A model generated the notes under the pieces. The model saw nothing but the letters and a program-made list of their open reading frames with translations, was not told the DNA's origin and searched no databases. Shown in pieces: positions 13,101 through 23,776 of a stretch of DNA of 32,000 nucleotides. Within the stretch, counting starts at the first letter, position 1; each line of letters starts with the position of its first letter. Both the position numbers and the translations under genes were made by a program. The stretch is from Wallemia ichthyophaga EXF-994 (lineage: Eukaryota; Fungi; Basidiomycota): assembly GCF_000400465.1 (NCBI RefSeq), contig NW_008806289.1:1-32000 (forward strand), in the 5' to 3' direction.

Positions 13101-13506
13101 GCGGGCCTACGAAATGGAACCGAATGATTACGTTATTTGCTTATCGCTCACATGCGCGTACCTGTACAGAGCATTCCAGAGACAGGCAGATAACCGACAC
13201 CACCTGATAGCACAAGCGGCAGCGTTTCTCAGCAGATACAGGCAATTGAGATTAGCATGTGATGAGGCGGACTTTGACGAAGTGGAGTTTAACTACGGGA
13301 GATTCTTTCATCAGTTGGGATTGCTGGGAATAGCAACCAAGCATTACGAGATTGTGCTGAAGAAGGACAAGTCACAGTACTTGAATGAAGCTGCTTATAA
13401 CTTATGGTTGATATATTATGCTACAAATGCTCAAGGGCCAATGAAGACAGTTACTGAAAAGTATCTGAGACCCGAAAAGTTCAAGAAGAATGATATACTT
13501 GTATGA
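10181..13506 (+). CDS. TFC4: RNA polymerase III transcription factor TFIIIC TPR subunit (tau131/Tfc4); about 5 exons
   Basis: Acidic N-terminus and TPR repeats. C-terminal RQADNRHHLIAQAAAFLSRY and EVEFNYGRFFHQLGL...AAYNL. Exons join in frame across 4 GT-AG introns. Confidence 0.88.
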
Positions 13507-13522
13507 TGATGCAGATTGTAAT

Positions 13523-14146
13523 TTAGTGATTAAAAGTGTCAGTAGTGAAAGAGCCTTGCGAGAAAACATTTGCATCGGATGTGAATGCAATTGGGGGAGC
13601 AGGAGATTGGGGAGTGGAAGTCTGAGGGGATGCGTGATGAGAGGATGATTCCTGTTGAGATAATGAACTGTTTGCGCTGTCTGACTGTCTTTTAGGCCAT
13701 TCACCGCGAGTCGGACGCATTTTATCGAGAATACGCTTTGGTGGCTTCGCAGCGATGAGCCATTCGGGAATATCCTTGCCTTCCCTCCAGAGCTTACCGG
13801 ACATAATCCTGGCTTTATCCTGAAGGTCGATATGGCTGCGCTTGGCTAATGTTTGGTCAACAGTGCCATTCTTCCCATGTCTATTCCTGATGTACGCCCA
13901 AGGCGGCTGGCCCTTGAGGGTGGTGTAGTAGAGCTGGAGGTAGTGCTCGAGCCAATAAGTCTCCTCCAAAGACCACGGCTTCTTCTTGACGCCTTTCGGG
14001 CCCGGGTTCTTGGACTTGCCGGCAACAGAGGGAGCTGGTTGAGAATTATGAGTGATCTGCGTACTCTGCGCTGACTGCTTATTCTGCTTATTTAGCTCCC
14101 TGGTGTAGCTGAGCAGTTCATCCAAAATCAAAAACTCATCCGACAT
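13523..14146 (-). CDS. Small single-Myb telobox protein (Tbf1/TRF-type Myb domain), 207 aa
   Basis: KKPWSLEE...PPWAYI...HGKNGTVDQTLAKRSHIDLQDKAR...IPEWL matches the Tbf1-type Myb consensus (RPWTxEE...W...G..GT....L..R.QV.LKDKARN...VP.YL). Confidence 0.75.
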   Translation of the reverse strand: MSDEFLILDELLSYTRELNKQNKQSAQSTQITHNSQPAPSVAGKSKNPGPKGVKKKPWSLEETYWLEHYLQLYYTTLKGQPPWAYIRNRHGKNGTVDQTLAKRSHIDLQDKARIMSGKLWREGKDIPEWLIAAKPPKRILDKMRPTRGEWPKRQSDSANSSLSQQESSSHHASPQTSTPQSPAPPIAFTSDANVFSQGSFTTDTFNH

Positions 14147-14166
14147 GGATGTTAGACTGCTTGAGC

Positions 14167-17078
14167 ATGTACTTCATCAGTAATACCTCAAATAATTTAA
14201 ATTTGAATGAAAATATTCTACAATTACGCGCAAATGATAGATACCTGCTTAGCATTTCCCCCACTTCACTCATTCTGTCCTGTACGCAGAACAAGACAAT
14301 ACTCGCCAAATTCATTAGAGACGACAAGGAAATTGATAGATGGGGTTATAATGCTAGCTTCGAGTTTTCTATCGATAGTCATATCATCGTCGTTGCGACT
14401 GACGCGGGCTATCTTTTGGTGTATAAGCTATACGTCACCAGCAACAGCGTCTACAAGTACGTTAACCAGATGAGCTTGGTAAATACCTTTAAACTTCACC
14501 CACTTATCAAAGAACATCAATTGCGTTTTCACAAATGTTATAAGATTGTCGATGATATTGTCTCATTTCAAATGGCATACAATGATATCGTCGTTGCCAC
14601 CAAAAACTATCTCAAAACTATCTCTATTGATCAGGGCGTCAATGAGTATCCCTATCGCGACTTGAGTTGGTTGAGAAATTCTTCACCAATCACTTATTCC
14701 AGCTTCTCATCTCATTTCAACTCTTTTGTCTTTATCAGCCAGGATGGCCATGCATACAATGCTCAATTTGACGGCGAATGGCGGGGTCACTGTCTTCACT
14801 CTCCACCAAACCACGCTACAGTATCATCATTCAATGAACAATTCTCACTTATTTCAATCGGATTCATTGATGGAAAAGTTGTAAATTACTCGTTACGTCC
14901 TAACAAACAATCACCTGTTCAATCTCATAAATTTCCCGAAAAGCCCTCGGTAGGCTGTGTAAAACAGTTGAGTTGGACACATGATGGTTATGCTCTAGCT
15001 GTGGCTTATGAAAAGGCTTGGAGCATTATATCTGTCTATGGTCGCGTTCTCGTACCCACTTCAGACGACATGCTATCATTTATACCAAACTCATCTCAGC
15101 GCACGCATAAATTCCAAGATAGACACATTTGGGGATCATCAAACATATGCTGGGGTGCACAGTCTCTCGAGTTATACCTCTTATCCAAACACTCTGATTA
15201 TTCACATCAGATTTTTATAATACCTTTCGCCAAATCAGCAGTGACAACTCAACATTCTCCGGATAACACACGCTACGCATTTTTACAAATGAGTGACAAG
15301 CTGCTCGTTTACAGAGGTGCGGATCAGTCTGATCTATCAGTCATTAATCCGGAATCTGACGTATGGGAGTCAATCAAGATACCACTTGCTTATTTAGGTT
15401 CACAATCTCCAATAAAGTACTCATCAATCAGCTCAGATGGCAAGTTTATCGCCGTTGCTGGACAGAAGGGTCTTGCACACTATTCCACGAAATCACAAAA
15501 TTGGAAATTGTTTAGTAGTGAGGTTGATGGGCAAAGCTTCAGCGTATCTGGTGGAATGGTGTGGTTTAATCACATACTGATTGCGAGTGTAGTAACCAAT
15601 ACTAACACTTATCAGCTGCGGCTATACTCTAGAGATCAAGAGCTGTCTAGCAGGTTACTGCTGCACACGGAAAACATACCTTCGCGTATTCTTGTGACCT
15701 CACTATTCGAAAATGCTCTGCTTGTTTATACGGCAGATAATACCATTCATCATTTCCTCATCACGCCCACTCAAGATACAGTGGCGCTTACACTTGCAAA
15801 CATCATTAGCTTTCAGGGTCTGGTGAGCAATCCGACTAGAGTCAGGGGAATGTCTTGGATGATACCGCCATCACAGCGAAAGCTGGGCAATCCAGTAGAC
15901 GACCTCACAATTGCGACAATCATTTTCCTCATTGATGGTAAACTTGTCTTGCTGAGACCGCGAAGAGTGAGTTGATTTGGTGTGAAAAGGAAGCATAATA
16001 CTAACAAGGCATAATAGATAGCGCAGGATCAAGTCAAGTATGATATGCAGGTGCTTTCCGATGGCATCGAGTATTACTGGACTCATTTGAATGGTATCGG
16101 TGCTTTAGAAAATAGTCTCTGGGGTGTTGATGGAGGTGGTATTAGATTGTGGTTGGATGCACTCACACTCACACAATCTGAGCGAGAAAAGACTAGGATC
16201 AACTCAAGCTCAACAGTCCAAATTGTAAAGGAGAGCGTTCGCATTGAGTTGGACTTCTACCCTCTGTCTGTGTTGATGGATAAGGGGATCTTAATTGGAG
16301 TTGATCATGAAGCTAGCTTGAGGAGTAATTTACCCTTTGTGATATATAGAATACACACAAATGTGAGTGATAATTGCATCATCTGTAATAACCTAATACA
16401 AAACAGACCCATCTCTTCTTGCATCACACTATTCGCTTCTATCTCACTAGAGGGTTGTTGAAAGAAGCGGTGCAGTTTGCCAACAACTATAGTGACTTAA
16501 TCTACTTCCCTCACACGCTTGAAATCTTGCTGCACTCAGTTCTGGAAGAAGAAGCTGACGATGTGCAATCTACCGTCCTGCTACCACTGGTAGTAGAGTT
16601 TTTAGATCACTGGGAGTGCGCATTGCAAGTCGTAGTTGGATGTGCGAGAAAGACAGAGATGAGTCGATGGAGGTATCTATTCGATGTTGTCGGCGCGCCT
16701 AGGGAGCTATTTGAGAAGTGCTTAAAAACGCATCAGCTCAAAACAGCCAGCAGCTATTTACTAGTACTGCATCACTTGGAGCAACTCGAAGGAACTGATG
16801 ATGCATTCAAGCTCCTTCATAAAGCCTTGATAGAAAGTGACTTGGTGCTATCTAAGGAGATTATAAGGTTTTTACACTCTATTGATCCAAGTGGATTCTA
16901 CATGCAGAAAACAATGGAGCTTATTGAGTCACTCACGAGCACACTCCCTGCTAATATGACCAATGACCCGCCGAATGGGCTGAGCCAGCTAGATGAAGAA
17001 GATGAGGGGCTGCCGTTGGAGAGGTCTTACTCAGCTAGACGCAGAGAGGGTTTAGGTATCACGGTAGAGGAGGAGTGA
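14167..17078 (+). CDS. RIC1: RIC1 (Rab6/Ypt6 GEF subunit), WD40 plus RIC1 domain; 3 exons
   Basis: SPDNTRYAFLQMSDKLLVYRGADQ, SSDGKFIAVAGQKGLAHYS, FPHTLEILLHSVLE and VVVGCARKTEMSRWRYLF. Start taken at MYF (14167); an in-frame ATG also exists at 14149. Confidence 0.92.
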
Positions 17079-17307
17079 TTGTATTGTACTCTTGTTTTGT
17101 TTTCGGGAATTGTCCTAATTTTTCAGTATTCGCGTTTGCATTCGAATCAAAGCGAATATCTACTGTAAAATCAAGTTTATTGTTGATAGTTTTATAACAA
17201 TTCGCATCGTCTTGTGTTATATGATACGAATGTTAACTCTATTTTAAAATAATTTGGAGTTGCGAGTGCTATACGTCATCGGTATTGCTTGATAAGCAGC
17301 GCCCAAC

Positions 17308-18527
17308 ATGTCATTAAGCGGGTCATTAAGCGGATCATTAAGCGGATCATACTCATATTCTCAATTAAGGAAGCTGATCTATGGTCCGAACAGCCTCACA
17401 CAGCTTCCGAAAGTGCTTTCATTGATCGACGGCAAGCGCTGCATGATAATCTGTGGAAAGAGCATTAACAAGACAGATATACCAACGCGTGTAAAAGATA
17501 TGCTTGGAGATGGTGTAGTGGAGCACTTCAGCTCAATGCGCGAGCATTCTCCGATCCAAGACATCAACAAGGTCTTGTCGATAGTTCGCGAAAAGGAGAT
17601 CGACACACTTATTGCGATAGGAGGTGGAAGCAGTATTGACGCCGCCAAGTCGATTGTGCACTTTTACAAAACTGACAGGGAGGATAAGAGGGGTTTGGAG
17701 AGTGTAGCTATTCCGACGACACTTTCTGCGTCTGAGTATACAATGGTATGTGTGAGGAATGTGAGGGTATACTGTCTAACCAACAGCCTAGTACGCAGGC
17801 TACACTTCCGAAGAAGGTCATAAGACAGGTTTAGCATCAGAGTATATGCCGCCAAAAGCTATCATCTTGGATGCAGAGTTGACAATGCACACACCAGAGC
17901 AGCTGTGGCTTAGTAGCGGTATCAGAGCGTTAGATCACGCCGTTGAGACTTTGTATAGGTGAGTAACATAACAGAAAGACAGTGGATCACCAACACTCTC
18001 ACAGACCTAATGCGTCTTATCACTTACGCAGAATGGCGTTGATAGCAATCAAAGATCTTTTCACACTCCTGCCACTGTCGAAGGAGGGCGGTGAAGACAT
18101 TCACATCCGTCAAAAACTTCAGCTGGTGTCTTATATGTCTCTCTTTCCTGACAGTATGGCGGTGGAGGATTTGCGTCCATTCGGACCTTCGCACACCCTA
18201 GGTCGCAAGATAGGATCTAGCTACGGTGTCCCACATGGCATAACGAGCTGTATGACTTTGAGCAGTGTAGTGCGCCTCTACCAAACGCATTGCAAGGATG
18301 GGGAGGTGCAAAGCAGATTGAAAGAAGCTGCTGAAATCACAAGCAGGAAGGGCGATCTAGATGCGCAGATTGATCAGTTGGTGGGGGAGCTGGGCCTGAG
18401 GAGAACATTGCACGACTACAACATACCGCTAGAAGATACAGATGCGATTGCGACCAGCAGTTTGAAAGGACTTGGGGAGGTGGGATTCAGTGAGAGTGAT
18501 GTAGCTGGTGCGTTGAGAAGGTTGTAA
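17308..18527 (+). CDS. Iron-containing alcohol dehydrogenase / maleylacetate reductase-like protein; 3 exons
   Basis: GGGSSIDAAK, IPTTLSASEYT, IRALDHAVE and GPSHTLG...VPHGITSC (metal-binding His) motifs. Confidence 0.85.
17311..17350 (+). repeat. 12-bp in-frame tandem repeat (TCATTAAGCGGR x3 plus TCAT), encoding SLSG x3
   Basis: Read directly immediately after the ATG. Confidence 0.95.
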
Positions 18528-18598
18528 TACAATTCACTAACGCTGATGTACACAAATCATACAATTCATTCAATTCATACATAAACTCACTCAAGCAC

Positions 18599-20419
18599 TC
18601 AAATAAGATTAGACAATATAACAAGACAATTCTCGCAAAGAGCGACTAGGAGGTGTTTGCTGTGGAAGTAAGACACGCCGAGCAATGCTCCTTTTTGATG
18701 ACCCCCGATCTGGACGACAGACTGCGCGGCACTCACTCCATCACCCTCGCACTGGTAGTATATGTATGCATTCCCCGCACCCTCAATTTTCCCGCCTTCA
18801 AAGACAACAACGAGAGAATTTGAGAGATGGTACGCGAAGCGGAGATCACGCTTCGACGCCATGACAAAGGGGAGAGCCGCAAATGTATCGAGATGTGAGA
18901 GTGTGCCAAGGTCGAAGAGTGTGCCCGAGAGCGAAACATCGTGAGAGATGACGATTGATGGGTGTGGAGAAGGGTATGAGGGGAGCGGGGTGGAAAGTAA
19001 TTGGTGTGCAGGGTACGCTGTCAGCTCACTCACGTCTCTGAATCTAGCCATCACCATTGTTTTCCCAACACTGCTGTCAACGGAATCATCCATCTCGCCC
19101 TTTGCTAGCGAAGGTATGTCATTGAGACCGCCAGGACGTAGCTGGGGCTCTTGTGTGCCATCAACAAGGCCTTCCTGTGTGTATTTCTCCATACTCTGCA
19201 GAGCTTCTTCTAGGTCCTCCTTGGAGCGCGTCTCATCTACTGTCCCGAATGGCGGCGTGAACGACTGGTCAAAGAGATCTACCCAGCGCACGTGACTTTG
19301 GCTCTTCTTGGAAAGATCTACCTCGAGCAACGAGAGCTGCCTGTTGAGCGTCCACGTACTTTCTTCTGGATCCACGTCTGCGTACAGTGGCACAAATTCT
19401 GGGTTTAGGGAGGGTAACTTGATCTGATTGGTGTGTATGACGGGGGCGTAGCTGTTTTTTTCGCCTATGTGGTCGAGTTTCACTGAAACTGTCACTGTAT
19501 CGTCATCCTGCGACCATCCATATTGGGCAGGTGGGTGTCTCTGATTTGCCTGTTCTCCCTTTTGTGTCTGTTCCGCGTCAGTTGCCCCGTCTGCGGCCCC
19601 AGCTACACCCTCGATACTGCCGTCTTTCTCTACGCCGCAGAAACCAGACGCGGAGCCTACAACCCACTCTCCGTCGACGTAATCCACTAGGCAGGGGTAG
19701 TCAAGCGTACGCAGTCTCCACAGCACGCCATCATTGAGTGTCTCAGACGCACTGGCGAGGTCTACAGCCAACAAGTCGAACTGGGTCTTTTTGGTGACAT
19801 CGTCGCTGTCCAACGTGAGAGTTGTGGAGATAACGAGTGTGTTCAGTGAGGGTACGTAGAGGTGTATGAAGAAGGGTGAGAGATTGCCGTTGTAGAGAAG
19901 CTCCTTCGCGCGCTCGGCATTTCCAGCGCCGCCACACACGAAAAGCCTACCGCTGCCATCTGACAGGGCCCACTGTGTGCTGTTCAGACTGGCTGCTGAT
20001 GGCGTGTCGAAGGCTTTGTCGGCGTTGAGGAGCGGCGGGAAAGCGAGGAGGGGGGTGTAGTGTGGGCTGGGAGTGCGAGGCTGATTTTGCTGTTGCTGTT
20101 GCGTCGTTGCGTTTTCATCGTGCGTGCTGTGCGTGCTGTGCGTGATGTCGTCTGTGATATCCACAGTAAACGCAACCAGCTCACTCGAACACCTCGCAAA
20201 GAAGAGCATCTGCAGATCCCTGTGCTGGTTGACAAAGAGATCATTGAGTGCCACTCTCTTGGCGAACTCCTTGTATCCGAGCTGCGTGTCAATCTTATCG
20301 ATCACCAAGTCGTTTGGAAGGTTGTATGCTGTGCTGGTGACACTCTCGTTTAAACGCAATTTGTAATTCTCAAAGGTGTGCTTCAATTTGGTGTTATCGG
20401 TGTGCAAATTCGATGACAT
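18599..20419 (-). CDS. NUDCD1: NudC domain-containing protein 1 (CS/p23-like domain), intronless, about 606 aa
   Basis: N-terminal KLKHTFENYKL, WALSDGSGRL, CS domain YGWSQDDDTVTV and HLDTFAALPFVMASKRDLRF. The true ATG is likely 20419, not the ORF-track start. Confidence 0.85.
   Translation of the reverse strand: MSSNLHTDNTKLKHTFENYKLRLNESVTSTAYNLPNDLVIDKIDTQLGYKEFAKRVALNDLFVNQHRDLQMLFFARCSSELVAFTVDITDDITHSTHSTHDENATTQQQQQNQPRTPSPHYTPLLAFPPLLNADKAFDTPSAASLNSTQWALSDGSGRLFVCGGAGNAERAKELLYNGNLSPFFIHLYVPSLNTLVISTTLTLDSDDVTKKTQFDLLAVDLASASETLNDGVLWRLRTLDYPCLVDYVDGEWVVGSASGFCGVEKDGSIEGVAGAADGATDAEQTQKGEQANQRHPPAQYGWSQDDDTVTVSVKLDHIGEKNSYAPVIHTNQIKLPSLNPEFVPLYADVDPEESTWTLNRQLSLLEVDLSKKSQSHVRWVDLFDQSFTPPFGTVDETRSKEDLEEALQSMEKYTQEGLVDGTQEPQLRPGGLNDIPSLAKGEMDDSVDSSVGKTMVMARFRDVSELTAYPAHQLLSTPLPSYPSPHPSIVISHDVSLSGTLFDLGTLSHLDTFAALPFVMASKRDLRFAYHLSNSLVVVFEGGKIEGAGNAYIYYQCEGDGVSAAQSVVQIGGHQKGALLGVSYFHSKHLLVALCENCLVILSNLI
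20120..20146. repeat. 9-bp tandem repeat x3 within NUDCD1 (HSTHSTH), next to a poly-Gln tract
   Basis: gtgcgtgct gtgcgtgct gtgcgtgat read directly. Confidence 0.85.
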
Positions 20420-20456
20420 GACGTAGGCAGAACAAGTAGTACAAAAGCGAGTATAT

Positions 20457-21209
20457 TTACCTGTAGTCTTTAAGCTCCTCACCGTCCCAGCTGAGGAATT
20501 GGCCAGAGAGATTCGAGAGATTCTCATTGACGCTGCTAATAGCGAGATTGGCATACACCCTGGCTGTGTCCTGTGGCTTGACGAGTTTTCCTTGGGAGTG
20601 CAACTCGACGAACTTGCTGTGCATCTCTGGCGGCATATGTGTTTTTCCAACTCTTCTGATATCCTCCTGCATACCTGTATCCACCACACCGGGCCTGATT
20701 GCCAGCGAAACAACACCCTTCTCCTCCCCAGCGAGTGTTTTGGCGAGAGTGTTCATAGCCGCCTTGCTAGCATTGTAGGCACCCCACGCAGCGTATGCCC
20801 CAGTAGCTGCGCCCGAACTGACCATGAGAATTTTACCCCTAGAATCACGTAAATGGGGCAGAGCGAGCTGGATGGTGTGCAAGAGGGAGACAAAGTTGAT
20901 GTTCATGTTTTGCGTCACCTCAGCTACATCCACATCAGCTATCCTCCCCACGGGCGAGAGTATACCGTGGTTGAGGATAACACAATCCAGTTTACCGTGC
21001 TTGGCGATGGCGGTGTCTACAGCCAGCTTGGAAATGTCTCTATCAGCGACGTCACCTTGAATTATATCTAGTTGGAGTGATTGCAGACCACGCAACTCGT
21101 CAGACACGCTACGGGATATGGTAACGACAGCGCTGTTGTTGGCGAGGAGAGAGCGGGTAATCTCAAGCCCAATGCCGCGGGATGCGCCAGTTACTATTGA
21201 TACGCTCAT
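20457..21209 (-). CDS. Short-chain dehydrogenase/reductase (sepiapterin/benzil reductase-like, IRC24/YIR035C-type)
   Basis: TGASRGIG NAD(P)-binding motif, catalytic YNASK, and IRPGVVDTGMQ. Confidence 0.92.
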   Translation of the reverse strand: MSVSIVTGASRGIGLEITRSLLANNSAVVTISRSVSDELRGLQSLQLDIIQGDVADRDISKLAVDTAIAKHGKLDCVILNHGILSPVGRIADVDVAEVTQNMNINFVSLLHTIQLALPHLRDSRGKILMVSSGAATGAYAAWGAYNASKAAMNTLAKTLAGEEKGVVSLAIRPGVVDTGMQEDIRRVGKTHMPPEMHSKFVELHSQGKLVKPQDTARVYANLAISSVNENLSNLSGQFLSWDGEELKDYR

Positions 21210-21256
21210 GACAGTGTCTCTTCAACGCCGACGACGCACACCGCACACCAAAGCAC

Positions 21257-21961
21257 ATGAAACCCGTTATCTGGTTCGATATCGACAACTGCCTGTATGG
21301 GAGGAGTGCGATGATAAGTGAGATGATGCAGGAAAAGATTGCAGCGTATTTCCTGCGCCTGGGTTTGAGTAATGAGGAAGCGACACGGCTGCACAAAGAG
21401 TACTACATTCGCTACGGACTGGCCATCAGAGGATTGGTCGAGAACCATAAAGTAGATCCCATCGACTATGACCACAACTGCGACGCCAGTCTGCCGCTTG
21501 AAGAGGTCCTCAAGCCAGACAGGGAGTTACGTCAATTGTTGGTGGATATTGATCGGAGCAAGTATCGCGTTATGGCGCTGACTAACGCATACAAGACACA
21601 CGCCTATCGTGTACTCAAATTGCTCGAAGTAGACGATCAGTTTGAACACGTCATATACTGCGACTACACCAGGCCAGGCTTCCCATGTAAGCCGGAGAAG
21701 CAGTTCTTTTACGAGGCCATGGATGTGGTAGGGCTTAGAGATGAGCCTGGAATGAATTTCTTTGTCGATGACAGCTCAGCGAATGTTGTCGCAGCCAAGG
21801 AGATTGGCTGGAATGCCGTGTATTTCCTCGAATATCACCAGCAACACGTCAGTGGACAGGATGATGAGGATAGAAGGAGACAGATACACGGAGATATTCA
21901 TCCAGTAATTGGTAATTTACAAGAATTGCGGAGTATTTGGACCGAGGTTTTTACAAAGTAA
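21257..21961 (+). CDS. SDT1: HAD-family pyrimidine 5'-nucleotidase (Sdt1/Phm8-like)
   Basis: WFDIDNCLY (DxD motif), YGLAIRGLV, LTNAYKTHA, CKPE and FFVDDS. Confidence 0.9.
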   Translation: MKPVIWFDIDNCLYGRSAMISEMMQEKIAAYFLRLGLSNEEATRLHKEYYIRYGLAIRGLVENHKVDPIDYDHNCDASLPLEEVLKPDRELRQLLVDIDRSKYRVMALTNAYKTHAYRVLKLLEVDDQFEHVIYCDYTRPGFPCKPEKQFFYEAMDVVGLRDEPGMNFFVDDSSANVVAAKEIGWNAVYFLEYHQQHVSGQDDEDRRRQIHGDIHPVIGNLQELRSIWTEVFTK

Positions 21962-21967
21962 ACAAGG

Positions 21968-22346
21968 CTAACCAGGACCAATCTTGGGCAGATCATTGTG
22001 CTCAGTGAGATTTTCGAGCTTCTTGTTGAATTCATCCACTTTATCTTTATGGCTAAGCTTTGCATTGTTTTTCACTTTGTGGTGCAGACGCTGTCGCTGG
22101 ATGTGATCGAACTTGATTTCTGATTCTGTGCGAGTATCTTGGGTGCTGCGGGTGGTATGAGGGCTATCACCGCTCCCACTTGGCCCTATAGCGTTATCCT
22201 TTGGGGCTGTCTGAGCCGATGACTTTTTCTTCCTGTGGGGAGAATTAAGCGGGACAATATCAATAACTTTCAACGCACCTCTTTAAACCACTGTCATTCT
22301 TAAATTTCAAGCCTTTTGTTGGCTTAAACGAGTAATCGTCGGGCAT
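21968..22346 (-). CDS. FAM32A: FAM32A/DUF1754 family small basic protein, 110 aa; intron 22233-22278
   Basis: Start MPDDYSFKPTKGLKFK. C-terminal SHKDKVDEFNKKLENLTEHNDLPKIGPG is the family signature. Confidence 0.85.
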
Positions 22347-22432
22347 GCAGTGGAAACAAGGCTAGCAAGTCAGAATAAGCCCGCAAAAATCAAGCGTAAA
22401 ATAATTAAATCGAATAAATTCTTTAAAGTGCT

Positions 22433-22874
22433 TTAATGAGCTTCAGGGGTTTTTGCAATGTATTCAATTGCTTGGTTTACATTTTGGATTGCGTCAGCTT
22501 CAGCGTCAGGGATTTCGCTGTTTAATGAGCGTATTAGAGGTATTTAAATAGGAAAAAGCACCAAACTCACATTGCAAATTCCTCCTCAATGGCCATAACG
22601 ACTTCAACAGCATCCAAGCTATCCAAGCCTAAATCGTTAGTGAAAGAGGCTTGTTCGGTGAGCTTTAGGGATTGTTAGTGGGTGCTGTATAATCCACATC
22701 TACTCTCACATTCTCCCCTTTCACCTTATCAAATGACTTTAAAACATCAAAAATTCTCGATTGGATGTCGTTCTTGGAGAGTGCGCCACTAGCGTATAAT
22801 CTTGATTGCTGTGTTTTGAAGAGGCTAGCTGATTTTGCTGCTTTACCGATTAAACCGAATTGTGATCTGAACAT
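22433..22874 (-). CDS. ACP1: Mitochondrial acyl carrier protein; 3 exons
   Basis: Presequence-like N-terminus and [30 protein letters not shown] with the phosphopantetheine-accepting Ser. Confidence 0.95.
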
Positions 22875-22934
22875 GGTGGTTTACTTGGTGGCTACGCACA
22901 CGCTCCCTCAGCACTCCCATCACTTTCTTGAAAA

Positions 22935-23752
22935 ATGGTAAAAAGGCACCTACACTACAACAAATCAAATAAATTTATGCTTATGAGGAATCTCGTTAGC
23001 CAATTATTCACTCACCAGCAAATTTCAACAACACTCCCCAAAGCTAAAGAGGCGCAGAAGTTTGCAGAGAAGCTCATCACTAAGGGCAAGAAGGGTACCG
23101 TAGTTTCCGAGAAGCTAGCAAATTCATTTCTTATTGTGCGTTTATCGCGTTTATGGGTTTGTAATCACCGCTAACACCCCACCCTCAGTCTTCTTCCACT
23201 CAAAACCCTTTCGATTCTCTCAAAAATGAACTTGTAGAGCGCTATAAGGATAGGAATGGTGGATATACGCGTATTCACTTGTTAGGCAACAGACAGGGCG
23301 ATAACGCGCCAAAGGCTGTGCTCGAATTAGTTGACAACCCCAGAGACATTAAGCGAGAAATGCTCGTAAGAACTGTTGCGAGAGAGTCACTTCTCAGAAG
23401 AACACAATGGTCTCCATCGAAATCAAAAATCCTTCGCCAAATAACCCAAACCAACCTCAACAAAGTTTTCACTTGTCTCAACCACCAACAACAGCAAACA
23501 TTCCACCAAAATGTTCTCAATCACCAGGATAAACTCCTTGCTGAGTCCAATCTTGGTTTGAGTCAAGTTGACAGCGAAAACAAACCTCAATCAAACACCC
23601 TCACTTGGCCTAGGAAGGGCAAACTCGTTTACGCAGGTGAACGCACTTCGGGTATGAGTAAACGTGAGGGCTCTCCAATCAGTATTAGCAAAGGTATGTT
23701 CAGGAAGACGGAAAAGGCCCCGACGAACAAGCTTGTCGCAGGGTGGTTGTAG
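22935..23752 (+). CDS. MRPL8: Mitochondrial ribosomal protein bL17m; intron 23136-23189
   Basis: MRNLVSQLF...[20 protein letters not shown] and [32 protein letters not shown]. Confidence 0.92.
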
Positions 23753-23776
23753 TTGTAATTGTAATTCAATTCAGTA

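Noticed and set aside
20420-20716. ORF-track 99-codon upstream extension of NUDCD1 overlapping the SDR 3' end in the +1 frame (possible fusion or frameshift)
   Set aside because: Family-like sequence starts at MSSNLHT (20419) and the extension reads as off-frame SDR. No slippery site is evident, and the AG|GTAAAT at the SDR stop has no acceptor giving an in-frame fusion.
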